Counted from the whole stretch's first letter, positions 34,794 to 46,447 are shown. The stretch is 63,489 nucleotides of DNA, filler included, from Reclinomonas americana ATCC 50394 (GCA_048213135.1; 28 parts of 28 records of this genome joined end to end with filler, not necessarily neighbours in it), one strand, 5' to 3'. The notes: generated from the sequence alone by a model not told the origin. Numbers and translations are program-made.

Positions 34794-35050
34794 GACAGTC
34801 TCACTCTCGGGTCGAGCACCGCGTAGGCGATGTCGGCGATCAGGTTGCAGATCACGACCGCGACGGCGACCACGATCATCCAGGGCAGCAGCACGAACAC
34901 GTCGCCGGCCACGAGCGACTGCAGGAACAGGCGCCCCATGCCGGGGATCGCGAAGATCTGCTCGGTGACCACGAGGCCGCCGATGAGGATCGCCGCGTCC
35001 AGTGCGACGACCGTGACGAACGGTGCGAGCGAGTTGCGCACCGCATGCCG
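34790..35050 (-). CDS. Oligopeptide ABC permease (OppB/DppB), 3' part
   Basis: TEQIFAIPGMG..YAVLDPRVR. Confidence 0.88.
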   Translation of the reverse strand, partial: RHAVRNSLAPFVTVVALDAAILIGGLVVTEQIFAIPGMGRLFLQSLVAGDVFVLLPWMIVVAVAVVICNLIADIAYAVLDPRVRLS

Positions 35051-35150
35051 NNNNNNNNNNNNNNNNNNNNNNNNNNNNNNNNNNNNNNNNNNNNTTAATT
35101 AATTAANNNNNNNNNNNNNNNNNNNNNNNNNNNNNNNNNNNNNNNNNNNN

Positions 35151-35260
35151 AGCTTCGCGAGCGGATCGAACGTCGCCCGCACCGCCCAGAACAGCACGAA
35201 GGAGGCGACGAGGATCACCGGGATCGAGTAGAGCACCCGTCGTGTGATGAACGTGATCAT
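35151..35260 (-). CDS. OppB/DppB permease 5' part, probably the same gene as 34790-35050
   Basis: MITFITRRVLYSIPVILVAS with RBS GGAGG. Confidence 0.8.
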
Positions 35261-35306
35261 GTCGTCGCCTCCTTCCTCTACGAATTCCTGGCCGCACCCG
35301 CGGGCG

Positions 35307-36370
35307 TCAGCCCGCGAGACCCCACTCGGCGAGGTTCCAGAACGGACCCTCGATCGGGTTGATCTGTAGCGGACCGCCGACCTTCTCGCTCCACAGCAGC
35401 ACGTTCGGGACGGCGTCGAGCGGGAGCGACGGGACGTTCTCGGCGATCAGCGCGTCGCCCTCGTGGGATGCCGCGATGCGCGCATCCGTGTCGATCTCGC
35501 TGTCGACCTGGGTGAGCAGGTCGTCGAGGCCGGGGATGTTCGCCCGGTAGAAGTTGATGCCCGAGAACCCGTTGGCGTCGCTCGGGATGTTCACCGAGGA
35601 GAACGTCGCGCTGAGCGTGGGGTCCGGGAACGTGTCGACGAGCGCCCAGATACCGGCCTGGAAGTCGCCCTCCGGTGCGATCGTGCCGAACAGGTCGGCG
35701 GGGGTGACCTGGTCGATGGTCATCTCGAATCCGGCGTCCGCCAGCTGCGACTGCAGCACCTGCACGGTGAGGTCGCGGCGCTTGTTGCCGGCCAGCGTCT
35801 TGATCGAGAAGGTCGCGGTCTCGCCGCCCTTGGCCCAGACGCCGTCGCCGTTCTTCTTCCAGCCGTCGCCCTCCATGAGCTCGTCCACCTTGTCGAGGTC
35901 GAGCGTGTACTGCGAGAAGTCGTCGGAGGCGAACGGAGCGACCATCGGCGAATTGAAGCTCTGCTGCGCCTTGTCGATGCCGAGGCTGCCGAAGAGGCGC
36001 TTCACGATGGCGTCGCGATCGATCGAGTAGGCGAGCGCCTGACGGACCGCGACCGAGTCGAAGGGGGCGACCGCGTTGTTCAGCCAGATCGCCTCGAGGT
36101 TGCCGCTGCGGGCATCGACCTGCGACTTCACGCCGGGGAGCCCGGCCTCGATCTGCGAGAGCGCGTCGAGCTGCGGTGTGGGTGCGAGCACGCTGACCTG
36201 GCCGCTCTTGAGCGCCTGGAACGCGGCCGTCGTGTCGGGCAGGAACAGGAACGTCACCTTGTCGAGGTGCGGCTTCTCGCCCCAGTAGTTCTCGTTCGGC
36301 ACGAGCGTGACCGACGTGCCGCGGGTCCACTTCTCGATCTTCCACGGTCCGCCGCTGAAGTCGTAGCCGT
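35307..36370 (-). CDS. Family 5 peptide ABC substrate-binding protein, 5' partial
   Basis: SGGPWKI, PNENYWG and VRQALAYSIDR. Confidence 0.9.
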
Positions 36371-36470
36371 NNNNNNNNNNNNNNNNNNNNNNNNNNNNNN
36401 NNNNNNNNNNNNNNTTAATTAATTAANNNNNNNNNNNNNNNNNNNNNNNNNNNNNNNNNNNNNNNNNNNN

Positions 36471-38617
36471 GGAATCGTCCACTGCAGGAAGATGTTGGTG
36501 AGGCCGTACTGCGTCACGACCAGGCTGGTCGGCGGGTTCGGCACCACACCGCTGGCAGCCGGAGTGGTGAAGTTGATGGCAGTGCTGAACGCGCACGTCA
36601 CCGGGTTGGCGGCAGTGCCAGCCGGGTTGAAGGGCGAGGTCGGGAAGGCAATCGAGAACTGGTTGCTGGCGCAGATCTGCAGGTTGACCGAAGTGCCAGC
36701 CGGCAGGCCAGTCACGTCAATGTAGTAGGTCGACAGGTTGTTGCTCCACGACGCCGCAGCGCCAGTGCCGTTGGTGGACGGAATGGAGCTGGTGTCAATG
36801 TTGACGGCAGAGCCGGCAGTGGCAGCAGTCACCGACGAGGCGCTGGTGGTCGAGTACACCACACGGTAGGCGCTCAAGTTCGGAGTCGGCGTCGTCAGGT
36901 TGCTCTGCGTGGCGCTCGAGGTGGCAGTGTTGGAGCCGCCGACGCTGATCGGAGTCGAGAAGTTGAGGCGCACGCCAGTCGAGAACAGGCGCGAGTACGC
37001 CACACCAGTGGGCGCAGCCGGCACAGAGCCGTTGTTGTCGGTGGTGGCCTGGAGGGAGCCGGCCGCCGAGGCAGTGGTGTTGTTGTTCACAGTGACGCGG
37101 ATCTTGGTCGTGTACTGCGTGGCAGCCACAAAGTTGTTGGTGGTGCCGCTCACAGTGAAGCCGGTGATCTGCTGGTAGAAGCCAGAGTTGTACGAGAACA
37201 GGCCGAAGAACGAGGTGGCGATGGTGCCAGCGCCAGTCGCACCGGTGGTGATGGCAGGCTGGTCAGTGCTGGCATTGGTCACCGTGTAGGCGGCAGTCGG
37301 CGCAGCGGTAGTGTCGCCCGTGCCAAAGGTGGCCGGGTAGTTGAAGGCGACGACAAACGACGTCGAAGTGACCTGGTCCACAGAGCCAGTGTACGGAGCC
37401 ACAGTGTAACCAGTCGGCGTGGCCGGCGCACCCGACGCCAGAGTCACCGTCACGGCGGTCGAGAAGGTCAGGCTGGCACCGTTGGCGCCCGGAGTGCCGC
37501 TGCCGTTGTTGTAAGCCGTCGAGATGGCGCAGCTGGTGCCAGTCAGGCCAGTGACCTTGACGAGCACGCGGTTGCGCGACAGACCAGAGCTGCCGGCCGG
37601 GATGCCAAAGTCGGTCAGGTCGGCAATGCTGGTGACCACCGTCACCGCACCGCTGCCGCAGTCCGACTTGACATACCACGACGGAGCGCCGCCAATCACG
37701 CCCACATTGGCCGCCACACCCTCCCACTCCACCCACGCCGAAGTCGACGTGACGTAGCGCAGGGTCGACGACAGCGTCGGCGCCGCAGTCGACACCTTGG
37801 TGGCATCGGTGCCGCTGGTGGTCAGAGTGCCGCTCCAGGCCGCAGCCGAGCGGTTCACCTGCGACTCAGTCCACACGTTGATGGTGTAGCCCTGGCCAGT
37901 GGTGGCGTTGGCGGCCGCGAGCGCACTCAACGTGTAGCCGCGCCACGTGCCAGACGACACGCTGGCAGCGGTCACAGTGGTGGGACCAGCGTCGCCAATC
38001 ACGAACGCGCGGTAGGCGGTGGTGCCGGTGGCGAGGTTGGTCGTCTGCAGCACGGTGAGCGACGTGTTGATGTCCTGGAAGGTGCTGGCAGAGGCACCGG
38101 GGGTCTGCGACGAGAGACCGCCCTGGCCGACAAGGTCAGTCGGCAGCTGCAGCCAGATGGTGGCCTGGGTGCTGCCAATGTAGTAGATGGCGTTGGAGCC
38201 GGCGGTGGCGGCCGGACCGCGGGCTGTTTAGGAGGGAAGAGGGGAAGGGGAATGACGGTGAGCATGAAGGAAACAAAGAGTGTGAGAGAGAGAGAGAGAG
38301 AGAGACTGAAGAATGGTGCGCAACTGGTGGCGGTGTAGAAGTTGTTGCCAGTCGGCGAGGCGGCGACGGCCGCGTTGGTGGTGGCCGCGTTCGTGACGGA
38401 GAAGGCGACCTGCGGGAAGTACTGGCGGCCGGGGAGGAGGCCAGAGAGGGTGACCTGCCAGCCGTCGAGGTGAGCAGTGACGGCCTGGTTGCTGTTGGCC
38501 GTGGTGGTGAGGCCCGAGGCGACAGCGACACCGCGCACATTGGCAGTGCCAGTGGCGGTGAAGCCGTAGACGCTGGCAGCCGACGACGCATTGACGTTGG
38601 CTTGGTTGGCAGTGTAC
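36471..38617 (-). CDS. Large Thr/Ala/Gly-rich fibronectin-III repeat surface protein, eukaryotic fragment; intron 38224-38324
   Basis: VPAAPTGV, VTGLPAGT, LSGLLPGRQY and VPNPPTSL..LQW FN3 motifs. GT..AG intron containing (CT)n. Confidence 0.75.
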
Positions 38618-38717
38618 NNNNNNNNNNNNNNNNNNNNNNNNNNNNNNNNNNNNNNNNNNNNTTAATTAATTAANNNNNNNNNNNNNNNNNNNNNNNNNNN
38701 NNNNNNNNNNNNNNNNN

Positions 38718-39774
38718 GAAGCACCGCCAGCGGTCAGCGTGATGACGAAGGTCAGCGAGGTGTCGGTGATGTCGATGACGGTGATCGAGTTGGCGGCGGT
38801 GAGGGCACCAGCGTTGACGCCGGCGGTGGTGGGAGTAACGACAGTGTTGACTGCGCCGACAGTGCCAGCAAAAGCAGTGCCACCGGTGGCATCAAACGTG
38901 TTGGCCGCAGGGTTGAGGGTGACAGCGCCAGCGGCAGCGTAGCCTGCGCCCTGGGCGTTCACGGAAGTGATCGAGAGGGCACCGGCGGCACTGATCGAGA
39001 CGTTCAGAGTGGCACCACCGGCCTGGTTGATGGGCACGGCAGTGTAGGTGGAGGCCACGGCGTAGCCTCCCATGCCAGTGGCGACGGGAGTGCAAGCCGA
39101 TGCAGCGGCAATGGTACCATCACCGGCCGAAGTGATGGTGCAGGTGGCCTGGTTGGCACCCGGCGACGGCAATGTCGCGCTACCACTAGTGCATGTACCA
39201 CCGGTAATAGTGAACGTGTACGCGGTGGTGTTGGCAAAGCCAGTTCCGGCACCAACAGACGCGGCTGCCACAAGGTTGCCAGTCGAACCAATGGTGAGCG
39301 TGAGTCCAGTGAAACCTGCAGAACCGCCGGCAGCAGGAGTGAAGGTCACGGGGCAGTTCACGAAGATCTTGCGGTAGCCCACGCCGGCAGTGCCTGTGGC
39401 GACAGTCGCAATACCACCGGCAGCAGCGTTGGACACCACTGCGTTGCCCGTGCAGCAGTACAACGGCGCAGCAGCACCGCCACTGATGAGTGTGTAATTG
39501 ACGCCAAAGACGGTAGTGGTAGTGGGCGTAGTGCCTCGAATGGCCACCACAAATTTGGAAGCAGACAGAGCAGTAGTTGAGGTGTTGCCGTCAAGGTAAG
39601 CAAAATCGGTGGCAGCCGCACCATTGTTGGCGGCGTTGGTGCCGGCGACAAAGGCAATGGCATTGACACCGCCGACTGCAGTGCCAGTGGCGGCAGTCGC
39701 CACCACACCACGCTGAGTCGGCGAGCCGACATTCATCACCACAAAGTTGTTGCCAATGGTGACGAAGCCGTTGA
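38718..39774 (-). CDS. Gly/Ala/Thr-rich beta-repeat extracellular protein fragment, probably upstream part of the FN3 protein
   Basis: Open across the whole contig. GxG(Y/F) repeats. Similar composition and same strand as the neighbouring contig. Confidence 0.65.
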
Positions 39775-39874
39775 NNNNNNNNNNNNNNNNNNNNNNNNNN
39801 NNNNNNNNNNNNNNNNNNTTAATTAATTAANNNNNNNNNNNNNNNNNNNNNNNNNNNNNNNNNNNNNNNNNNNN

Positions 39875-40577
39875 GAACTTCGTCACCGTGCTCACCGATC
39901 CGCGGGTACTCGGCTCGTTCCGCAACACGCTGGTGTTCCTGGTGATCAACGTGCCGCTGACCGCGGTGCTCTCGCTCGTGCTCGCCGCGGCCCTCAACAC
40001 CGGCATCCGCTGGGTGGCCGCGTATCGGGTCGCGTTCTACGTGCCGTACCTGACGGCGAGCGTCTCGCTGGTCGGCGTGTGGATGCTGCTGTTCTCGGGC
40101 AACGGACTGATCAACTCGATCCTCGGCCCGCTCGCGCCCGACCCGTCGTGGCTCGTGAACAGCGGGCTCGCGATGCCGATGATCGCGCTCTACGTGACCT
40201 GGAAGCAGCTGGGCTTCTACATCCTGCTGTATCTCGCGGCGCTCCAGAACGTGCCCAAGGAGCTCTACGAATCGGCGGAGACCGACGGCGCCGGCGCCTT
40301 CAAGCGCTTCCTGCACGTCACGGTCCCCGGCGTCCGCAGCGCCACCACGCTCGTGCTGATCCTGTCGATCATCACCGGCGCCAACCTCTTCACCGAGCCG
40401 TATCTGCTCACCAACGGCGGAGGGCCGGACGGCGCCTCCTCCACCCCGGTGCTGCTCATCTACCAGCTGGGCATCCAGCAGCAGAACCCCGACACGGCCG
40501 CAGCAATCGGCATGATCCTCGTGATCCTCGTCGGCATGCTGTCGCTGGCGGCGAACCGCGCGACCAGGGAGCGATGA
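39875..40577 (+). CDS. Carbohydrate ABC permease, 5' partial
   Basis: ALQNVPKELYESAETDGA. Confidence 0.9.
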
Positions 40578-41416
40578 TGAAACGCAGAAGCAAGGCCCCC
40601 CGCATCCTCAGCATCGTCCTGCTCACGGTGGCGGCGATCGGATTCGCCTTCCCGTTCTACTTCATGCTCGTCGGGGCGTTCCAGGAGAGTCCGACGAACG
40701 CGCCGAACGAGCTCTTCCCGACCAGCGGATGGACCGTCGACAACTTCGTCGCGATCGACTCGCGGATCGACCTCGCTGGCTCTCTGCTGAACTCGCTGAT
40801 CTTCACGGCGGGTGTGCTGCTCGGCACCGTGGTGTTCGGACTGCTCGCCGGGTACGCGATCGCCCGTCTCGACTTCCGTGGACGCGGCGTCGTCTGGGTG
40901 CTCATGCTGCTCGTGCAGATGGTGCCGTTCCAGCTGCTGATGATCCCGCTGTACGTGCAGATCACCCGCAGCTACGGACTCGGGGACTCGTACCTCGGCA
41001 TGATCCTGCCGTTCCTCATCAACACGACCGCCGTGTTCATCTTCGTGCAGTTCTTCAAGGCGCTGCCCGTGGAGATCTTCGAGGCGGCGCGCATCGACGG
41101 GGCCGGCGAGATCCGCCTGCTGACCTCGGTCGCGATCCCGCTCATCCGGCCCGTGCTGGTGACCGTCGTGCTCGTCACGTTCATCGGTCCGTGGAACGAG
41201 TTCCTCTGGCCGTTCCTCATCACGAAGGATGCGACGCTGCAGCCGCTCGCCGTGTCTCTCGCGAACTACATCTCGAACGTGGCGCAGTCCACCGCGAACC
41301 CCAACGGGGCGATCCTCGCCGGCGCGACCGCGCTCGCCTTCCCCGTCGTCATCCTGTTCATCGTCTTCCAGCGGTTCTTCCGCGCCACCGACCTCGGCGC
41401 AGCCGTCAAGGGCTGA
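40574..41416 (+). CDS. Carbohydrate ABC permease
   Basis: EIFEAARIDGAGE and WNEFLWP. Confidence 0.92.
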   Translation: MMKRRSKAPRILSIVLLTVAAIGFAFPFYFMLVGAFQESPTNAPNELFPTSGWTVDNFVAIDSRIDLAGSLLNSLIFTAGVLLGTVVFGLLAGYAIARLDFRGRGVVWVLMLLVQMVPFQLLMIPLYVQITRSYGLGDSYLGMILPFLINTTAVFIFVQFFKALPVEIFEAARIDGAGEIRLLTSVAIPLIRPVLVTVVLVTFIGPWNEFLWPFLITKDATLQPLAVSLANYISNVAQSTANPNGAILAGATALAFPVVILFIVFQRFFRATDLGAAVKG

Positions 41417-41446
41417 TCACTCGCTGTCCAGCCAGAAAGGGCATCC

Positions 41447-42271
41447 ATGTTCTCCGGAGCCTCCTTCCCCCTCGGTCCGTTCACCCCGTACGAGGGCAAC
41501 CCGATCCTGCGCCCGCGCGGCGACAGCTGGGAGTCGGCGAACCTCTACAACCCGGCGGCGATCGTCGACGGCGACGAGGTCGTGCTGCTCTACCGGGCGC
41601 ACGCCGACGACATCATCTCCCACATCGGCATCGCCCGCTCGAGCGACGGCGTGAACTTCACCCGCGAGGATGCACCGATCCTGTCGCCGTCCGAGGACTA
41701 CGAGACCTACGGCTGCGAGGACCCGCGCATCGCTCTGATCGACGGCACCTACTACCTCACCTACACGGGGTGGGATCGCCGCAGCGCGCAGCTGTGCCTG
41801 GCCACCTCGACGGACCTCCGCACCTGGACCAAGCACGGTCCGCTGTTCGACGACTTCGACACCTTCAAGACCATGGACCCCCGCGGGTTCAACTGGTCGA
41901 AGGCCGGGGTCATCGTGCCGCAGCGGATGCATGGGAAGTGGTGGATGTACTTCGGCGAGGGCGCGATCTACTGGGCGACCAGCGACGACCTCATCCACTG
42001 GGCCCCCGGCACGGCCGACACCGATCCGATGTACTCGCCGACGCCCGGCACCTGGGACGAGGCGCTCGTCGAGATCGGCACCTCGCCCGTCGTGACCGAC
42101 AACGGCCTGCTGCTGTTCCTGACGAACGGCGCCACCCGCGTCGTGAACGACGACGGCTCCGTCGATGTCGACTACCGCTGCGGTCAGATCGCGATCGACC
42201 CGGATGAGCCGACGAAGGTCATCGCCCGTCTGCAGGAGCCGTGGCTGCGACCGCAGACCTTCGAGGACAGG
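41447..42271 (+). CDS. GH130 family beta-mannoside phosphorylase/glycosidase, 3' partial
   Basis: NPIL.P, YNPAAI, LLYRA, GCEDPRI, YYLTYT and WSKAG. Confidence 0.85.
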
Positions 42272-42371
42272 NNNNNNNNNNNNNNNNNNNNNNNNNNNNN
42301 NNNNNNNNNNNNNNNTTAATTAATTAANNNNNNNNNNNNNNNNNNNNNNNNNNNNNNNNNNNNNNNNNNNN

Positions 42372-42559
42372 ACGGCGGTGAAGATCAGCGCCGTGCTCTC
42401 AAGTCCCACGCCCAGCGACATGTTGATCCAGTCGGCGAAACTCTCACCCACCGTGGTGCACAGGATCTTGATGATCCAGAACCACAGTGTGATCTCGGGA
42501 ACCTTGCTCAGCATCTCGCGGCGAACCCATGGCCTGGCCGCTCTCATCGTTGTAGTCAC
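42372..42559 (-). CDS. COG4705/DUF347 membrane-anchored protein, 5' part
   Basis: SKVPEITLWFWIIKILCTTVGESFAD. Confidence 0.8.
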
Positions 42560-42684
42560 GAAACGGACGCTACGAAGCTGCCTCTAAGACTCCTCTGAGA
42601 GATCTCGACGGAGTGCCAGAACGATAGCCCTTCTGACGTGCGCTACCCGCGGATGCAGGGCCAACGCTGTTCAGTGAGGTGTAC

Positions 42685-42721
42685 CCGTGGACGTCGCCGA
42701 TTCGATCCCGGCACGGCTCGC
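42685..42721 (+). repeat. Degenerate tRNA-Val 3' fragment (att-like)
   Basis: ccgtggacgtcgccgattcgatcccggcacggctc matches 43717-43751 at 30 of 35 positions. Confidence 0.7.
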
Positions 42722-42763
42722 GGTCATTGGTTCAGCCGAGACGGAAGCCGGTACGGTTTGGTG

Positions 42764-43594
42764 GTGGATTTCTGGAAGTGGTTCAGCGAACTCGACTGGG
42801 GTGGATTCGTCCCCGACCTCATTGTTGGTCTTGCGACGGGTGTGGTGGTCGGTCTCGTGCTCGTTGGGTTCGAGCGCCGTCTCATTGACCTTCGCCGTAA
42901 GTCGGAGGATGAGCAACAGTGGGGCGAGCGCTTCGAACGAATCCACGGCGCGCTGCTTGAACCGTTACCGTTCACGAGCGCGTCATACAGACCGTTCGGA
43001 GACATCGTGGAGCGCATCGAGCGGCTGAGTGCGGGCGCGCAGTCGATCCACCCCAAGGTTGCCGCGAACTTTCCGGAGTTGGCCATGCTCGGTCCTCTCC
43101 TCGAAAAGCTGGACGCCTTGCCTATCGCCGCGGATAGGTTGGAGCGCGCGAGCGCGGAGATGCTCACCAGCATGATGTTCACAGAAGGCGAGCCCAGCTA
43201 CATGATCGACGTGGCCGACGTCGTTCCTGAAACTGTGAGATCGGTGGTGCGCTTTGTGCATCCTGAGGACCCGGGCGCGGAGCTGATCTCCGGCCCAGAG
43301 TGGCTAGGGAACCTCGATCTGCGAATGGCAATGCACGCCGATTTCCGGGAGGCGTCCGTCCACTACCGATCGCTGGTCAACCAGATCGAGGCGTTTCGCT
43401 CGGCCTTCATTGACTACCGGGACGCGCGTCGCGCAGAGGTGATGAGAAAGAACTGGGCGTCAGTGCGATCCCCCCGCTACCGGCACCCATCAAGCAGGCA
43501 GGTTCGCCGCCAGTACGCGGCGAGCCTGAGAGCGGTTGAGCCGGTTCTGAAAGCGGAGGTGGATCGCGCGTACTTGACGGTCCCAGGTGACTAG
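42764..43594 (+). CDS. Hypothetical protein with N-terminal transmembrane helix
   Basis: Long ORF, probable GTG start (MDFWKWF), TM segment LIVGLATGVVVGLVLV. Codon usage looks less biased than its neighbours. Confidence 0.65.
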   Translation: MDFWKWFSELDWGGFVPDLIVGLATGVVVGLVLVGFERRLIDLRRKSEDEQQWGERFERIHGALLEPLPFTSASYRPFGDIVERIERLSAGAQSIHPKVAANFPELAMLGPLLEKLDALPIAADRLERASAEMLTSMMFTEGEPSYMIDVADVVPETVRSVVRFVHPEDPGAELISGPEWLGNLDLRMAMHADFREASVHYRSLVNQIEAFRSAFIDYRDARRAEVMRKNWASVRSPRYRHPSSRQVRRQYAASLRAVEPVLKAEVDRAYLTVPGD

Positions 43595-43710
43595 TAGCGT
43601 AAAACAGGCCCGGTCCCCCGGCGTCCCCCTGGGACGGACAATCAGTCCGAGCGTGCAAGATCTGCAACCTGAGAAACGCAGGAAATCAGGGTTGATGCGA
43701 ATGGTCCGCA

Positions 43711-43755
43711 TTTACACCGTGGATGTCGTCGGTTCGATCCCGGCAGGGCCCACCA
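43711..43755 (+). mobile_element. tRNA-Val(TAC) 3' half without a 5' half (attR/attL-like scar)
   Basis: TT-TAC-AC-CGTGG ATGTC GTCGG-TTCGATC-CCGGC AGGGCCC ACCA. No D-arm or acceptor 5' strand upstream. Confidence 0.8.
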
Positions 43756-43879
43756 TCTCCGATTCCCGCGACGCACCCGCGCAGACCTGCTGTCACGCCT
43801 GTGATCCTCTCCACCAATACCCTTGAGTACAAATGACGATTTGTGCTAGCGTCGGCTCATCCGAAGGAGGAGGTGGCCG

Positions 43880-44215
43880 ATGGGTGCCGAAGCCGTTGCT
43901 GATCTCGACCTCGCGCTGCGCGCCCTGGCAGACGGGAACCGCCGCGCGATCCTCGGGGTGATCCGCTCCGCACCGCTGCCGGTGGGCGCGATCGCGGACG
44001 CTGTCGGATTCTCCCAGCAGACGACCTCCCACCACCTCGGCGTCCTGCGGCGAGCAGGGCTCGCCGTCAGCACCCGTGAGGGAACGCGGCATCTGTTCTC
44101 GGTCGACACCGACGGCCTGTCGGCCGTGCGTTCCTACCTGGACGACTTCTGGCCAAGCAAGCTGGCCACGTTGAAGTCCGTGATCGAGGCGCGCGAGGGC
44201 GACGATCGTGGCTGA
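43880..44215 (+). CDS. ArsR/SmtB family regulator
   Basis: ALADGNRRAIL..SHHLGVLRRAGL..REGTRH. Confidence 0.9.
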   Translation: MGAEAVADLDLALRALADGNRRAILGVIRSAPLPVGAIADAVGFSQQTTSHHLGVLRRAGLAVSTREGTRHLFSVDTDGLSAVRSYLDDFWPSKLATLKSVIEAREGDDRG

Positions 44216-44642
44216 GTTCCGGGACTCGATCGACATCGCCGCCGCTCCGGAGACGGTGTTCGACTATCTCGTCACGGCGGAGGGCATGACCGCCTGGATG
44301 GGGCAGTACGCCGAGCTCGATCCGACACCCGGCGGCCGGTTCGCGGTCGACATCGCCGGGCACGCCATCCGGGGAGAGTATCTGCACGTCGAGCATCCGC
44401 GCCGTGTCGTCGTCTCCTGGGGCGTGGCCGGGAGCGAGACGCTTCCCGCCGGATCATCGCGCGTCGAGTTCACCCTCACTCCGACCGGCACCGGCACGCG
44501 CGTCGACCTGACCCACTCGGACCTTCCCGACACCGAGGTGCGCGGTCACGCGTACGGCTGGGCGCACTTCCTGCCGCGTCTCGCCGCCGCGGGCGCAGGC
44601 GACGACCTCGGAGCCGACGACTGGCGTCCGCTCGACGACTGA
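44208..44642 (+). CDS. SRPBCC/AHSA1 domain protein
   Basis: IAAAPETVF..W..PGGRF..VVSWG..GW. Confidence 0.88.
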   Translation: MAEFRDSIDIAAAPETVFDYLVTAEGMTAWMGQYAELDPTPGGRFAVDIAGHAIRGEYLHVEHPRRVVVSWGVAGSETLPAGSSRVEFTLTPTGTGTRVDLTHSDLPDTEVRGHAYGWAHFLPRLAAAGAGDDLGADDWRPLDD

Positions 44643-44676
44643 ACACCCACCGACCGCGCACAGCAAGGGGAAGAAC

Positions 44677-45027
44677 ATGGATACGGCATATGACATCGTC
44701 CAGGGCTATCACCGGGCCTGGACCAGCGGCGACGTGGAGCAGGCGATGACCTACGTCGCGGACGACATCACCTGTCGCGCACCCGGGGTCGACCTGCAGG
44801 GCAAAGAGGCGTACGCCCGGTACATCGGCGGCTTCGCGCCCACGCTCACGGGCATCGGCGACATCGCCGAGTTCTCCGACGGGGACCGTGTCGCGCTGTT
44901 CTACTATCCCCAGACCGCTGCGACGTCGACCGCGCCGGCCGCCGAGTACTTCACGGTGCGCGACGGGCGGATCAGCGAGACCATCCTCGTCTTCGATCGT
45001 CTCTCCTACGGTCCGCCACGCCCGTGA
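44677..45027 (+). CDS. SnoaL/NTF2-like protein
   Basis: YHRAWTSGD..ADD..FTVRDGRI. Confidence 0.85.
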   Translation: MDTAYDIVQGYHRAWTSGDVEQAMTYVADDITCRAPGVDLQGKEAYARYIGGFAPTLTGIGDIAEFSDGDRVALFYYPQTAATSTAPAAEYFTVRDGRISETILVFDRLSYGPPRP

Positions 45028-45117
45028 GGAGGGTCCGATCGAGCGTGCGGTTAGTCTGGACAGCACTCAGACCGTGAGCATCGGCCACGGCAGAGGGACT
45101 GAACTCCAGGAGCGACC

Positions 45118-45561
45118 ATGGCGCGACGCATCGTCATCAGCGGGGCATCCGGACTGATCGGCGGCGCGCTGACAACATCGCTCCGCGCGGACGGCATCGA
45201 CGTCACCACGCTCGTGCGACGCCCTCCGAGGAATTCGTCCGAGCGGCAGTGGGCGCCGGGGGAGCGCGACCTCGACCCCGAGGTGCTCGCCGGCGCGGAG
45301 GCCATCGTGGCACTCGGCGGCGCCAGCGTCGGGCGACTGCCGTGGACGCCCCGGTATCGCGAGGAACTGGTCGACTCCCGCTTGAAGAGCACGCGCACGA
45401 TCACGACCGCGCTGCGCGCGCTGCGCGACGATGCTCCGGCCCTCGTCTCGGCATCCGCAGTCGGCTATTACGGCTCGGCACCGGGGGAGCAGCTCACCGA
45501 GGACTCGCCCGCGGGCGATACCTTCCTCGCCGAGCTCTGCGTGCAATGGGAGGCGGAGGCG
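45118..45561 (+). CDS. TIGR01777 family NAD-dependent epimerase, partial
   Basis: ISGASGLIG, SASAVGYYG and FLAELCVQWE. Confidence 0.9.
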
Positions 45562-46447
45562 NNNNNNNNNNNNNNNNNNNNNNNNNNNNNNNNNNNNNNN
45601 NNNNNTTAATTAATTAANNNNNNNNNNNNNNNNNNNNNNNNNNNNNNNNNNNNNNNNNNNNGAGTAGACCGCTCAGTCGGTTGCGCCCGAGCTGCCTATG
45701 ATGACTTCGACGAGCGAACACGTGACGATAACCGTTCGGCGGATTGTGGAAGTAGACCCGACCAAGCATTTTGAAGCTGTCAGATGACGCCGGGGCGTGT
45801 TCGTCTGACTCAGAGCGGCTCCGGCGTGCATTGGGGTCACTCCGGGGTGCCTCGCTTCAGCGCTTCCCCCTTGAGCGGGGTGTGCCGCAGCCGCTTCGGT
45901 CAGGATCGCAACTGCGCCGCACTGCTCAGGGTGCCTGAGGACTAGCGATCATAGACCCCTGAGTTGAAGGCGTTCGCGCCGATAGTCGGGATAACTGGTC
46001 TTATCGGGGGTAGTGGGCCAGACGTTGAAGTGAGATCGGGCTGAGTTACTGATCGCCTGGGCAGTGCTCGAGCGGGATCACGAAGGTCTGCGCGTCCGCA
46101 AGAGTGTGTAGCGAGGTCTGCGGCGCAAGTGAAGGATTAGTCACCTCGTTGGCGGCCTGTCGCCGCGGACGTAAATCGTAGCGGTGTTCCCCGCTTGCTC
46201 ACGGTGACCGCGGTCTGGTCGAGTCCGCGGCGCGGGGCGGCTCAGACCCGATCAACTTGCCGGCATCCGCACGCTTGCGACCATGCAGAGCGATTCGGCC
46301 TGGGCTGTCGCTCAGCATCCGGCGCTCTCCGGCTCGTTCTCACCAGCGGGGCCGACATATCCGCTGGCGAATCGCGCAGGCAAGGCGTCCTCGTCTCAAG
46401 AACGCGATTCGGGAGGAATGCGGCTATCCCCGTCTCCCGATGCGGGA

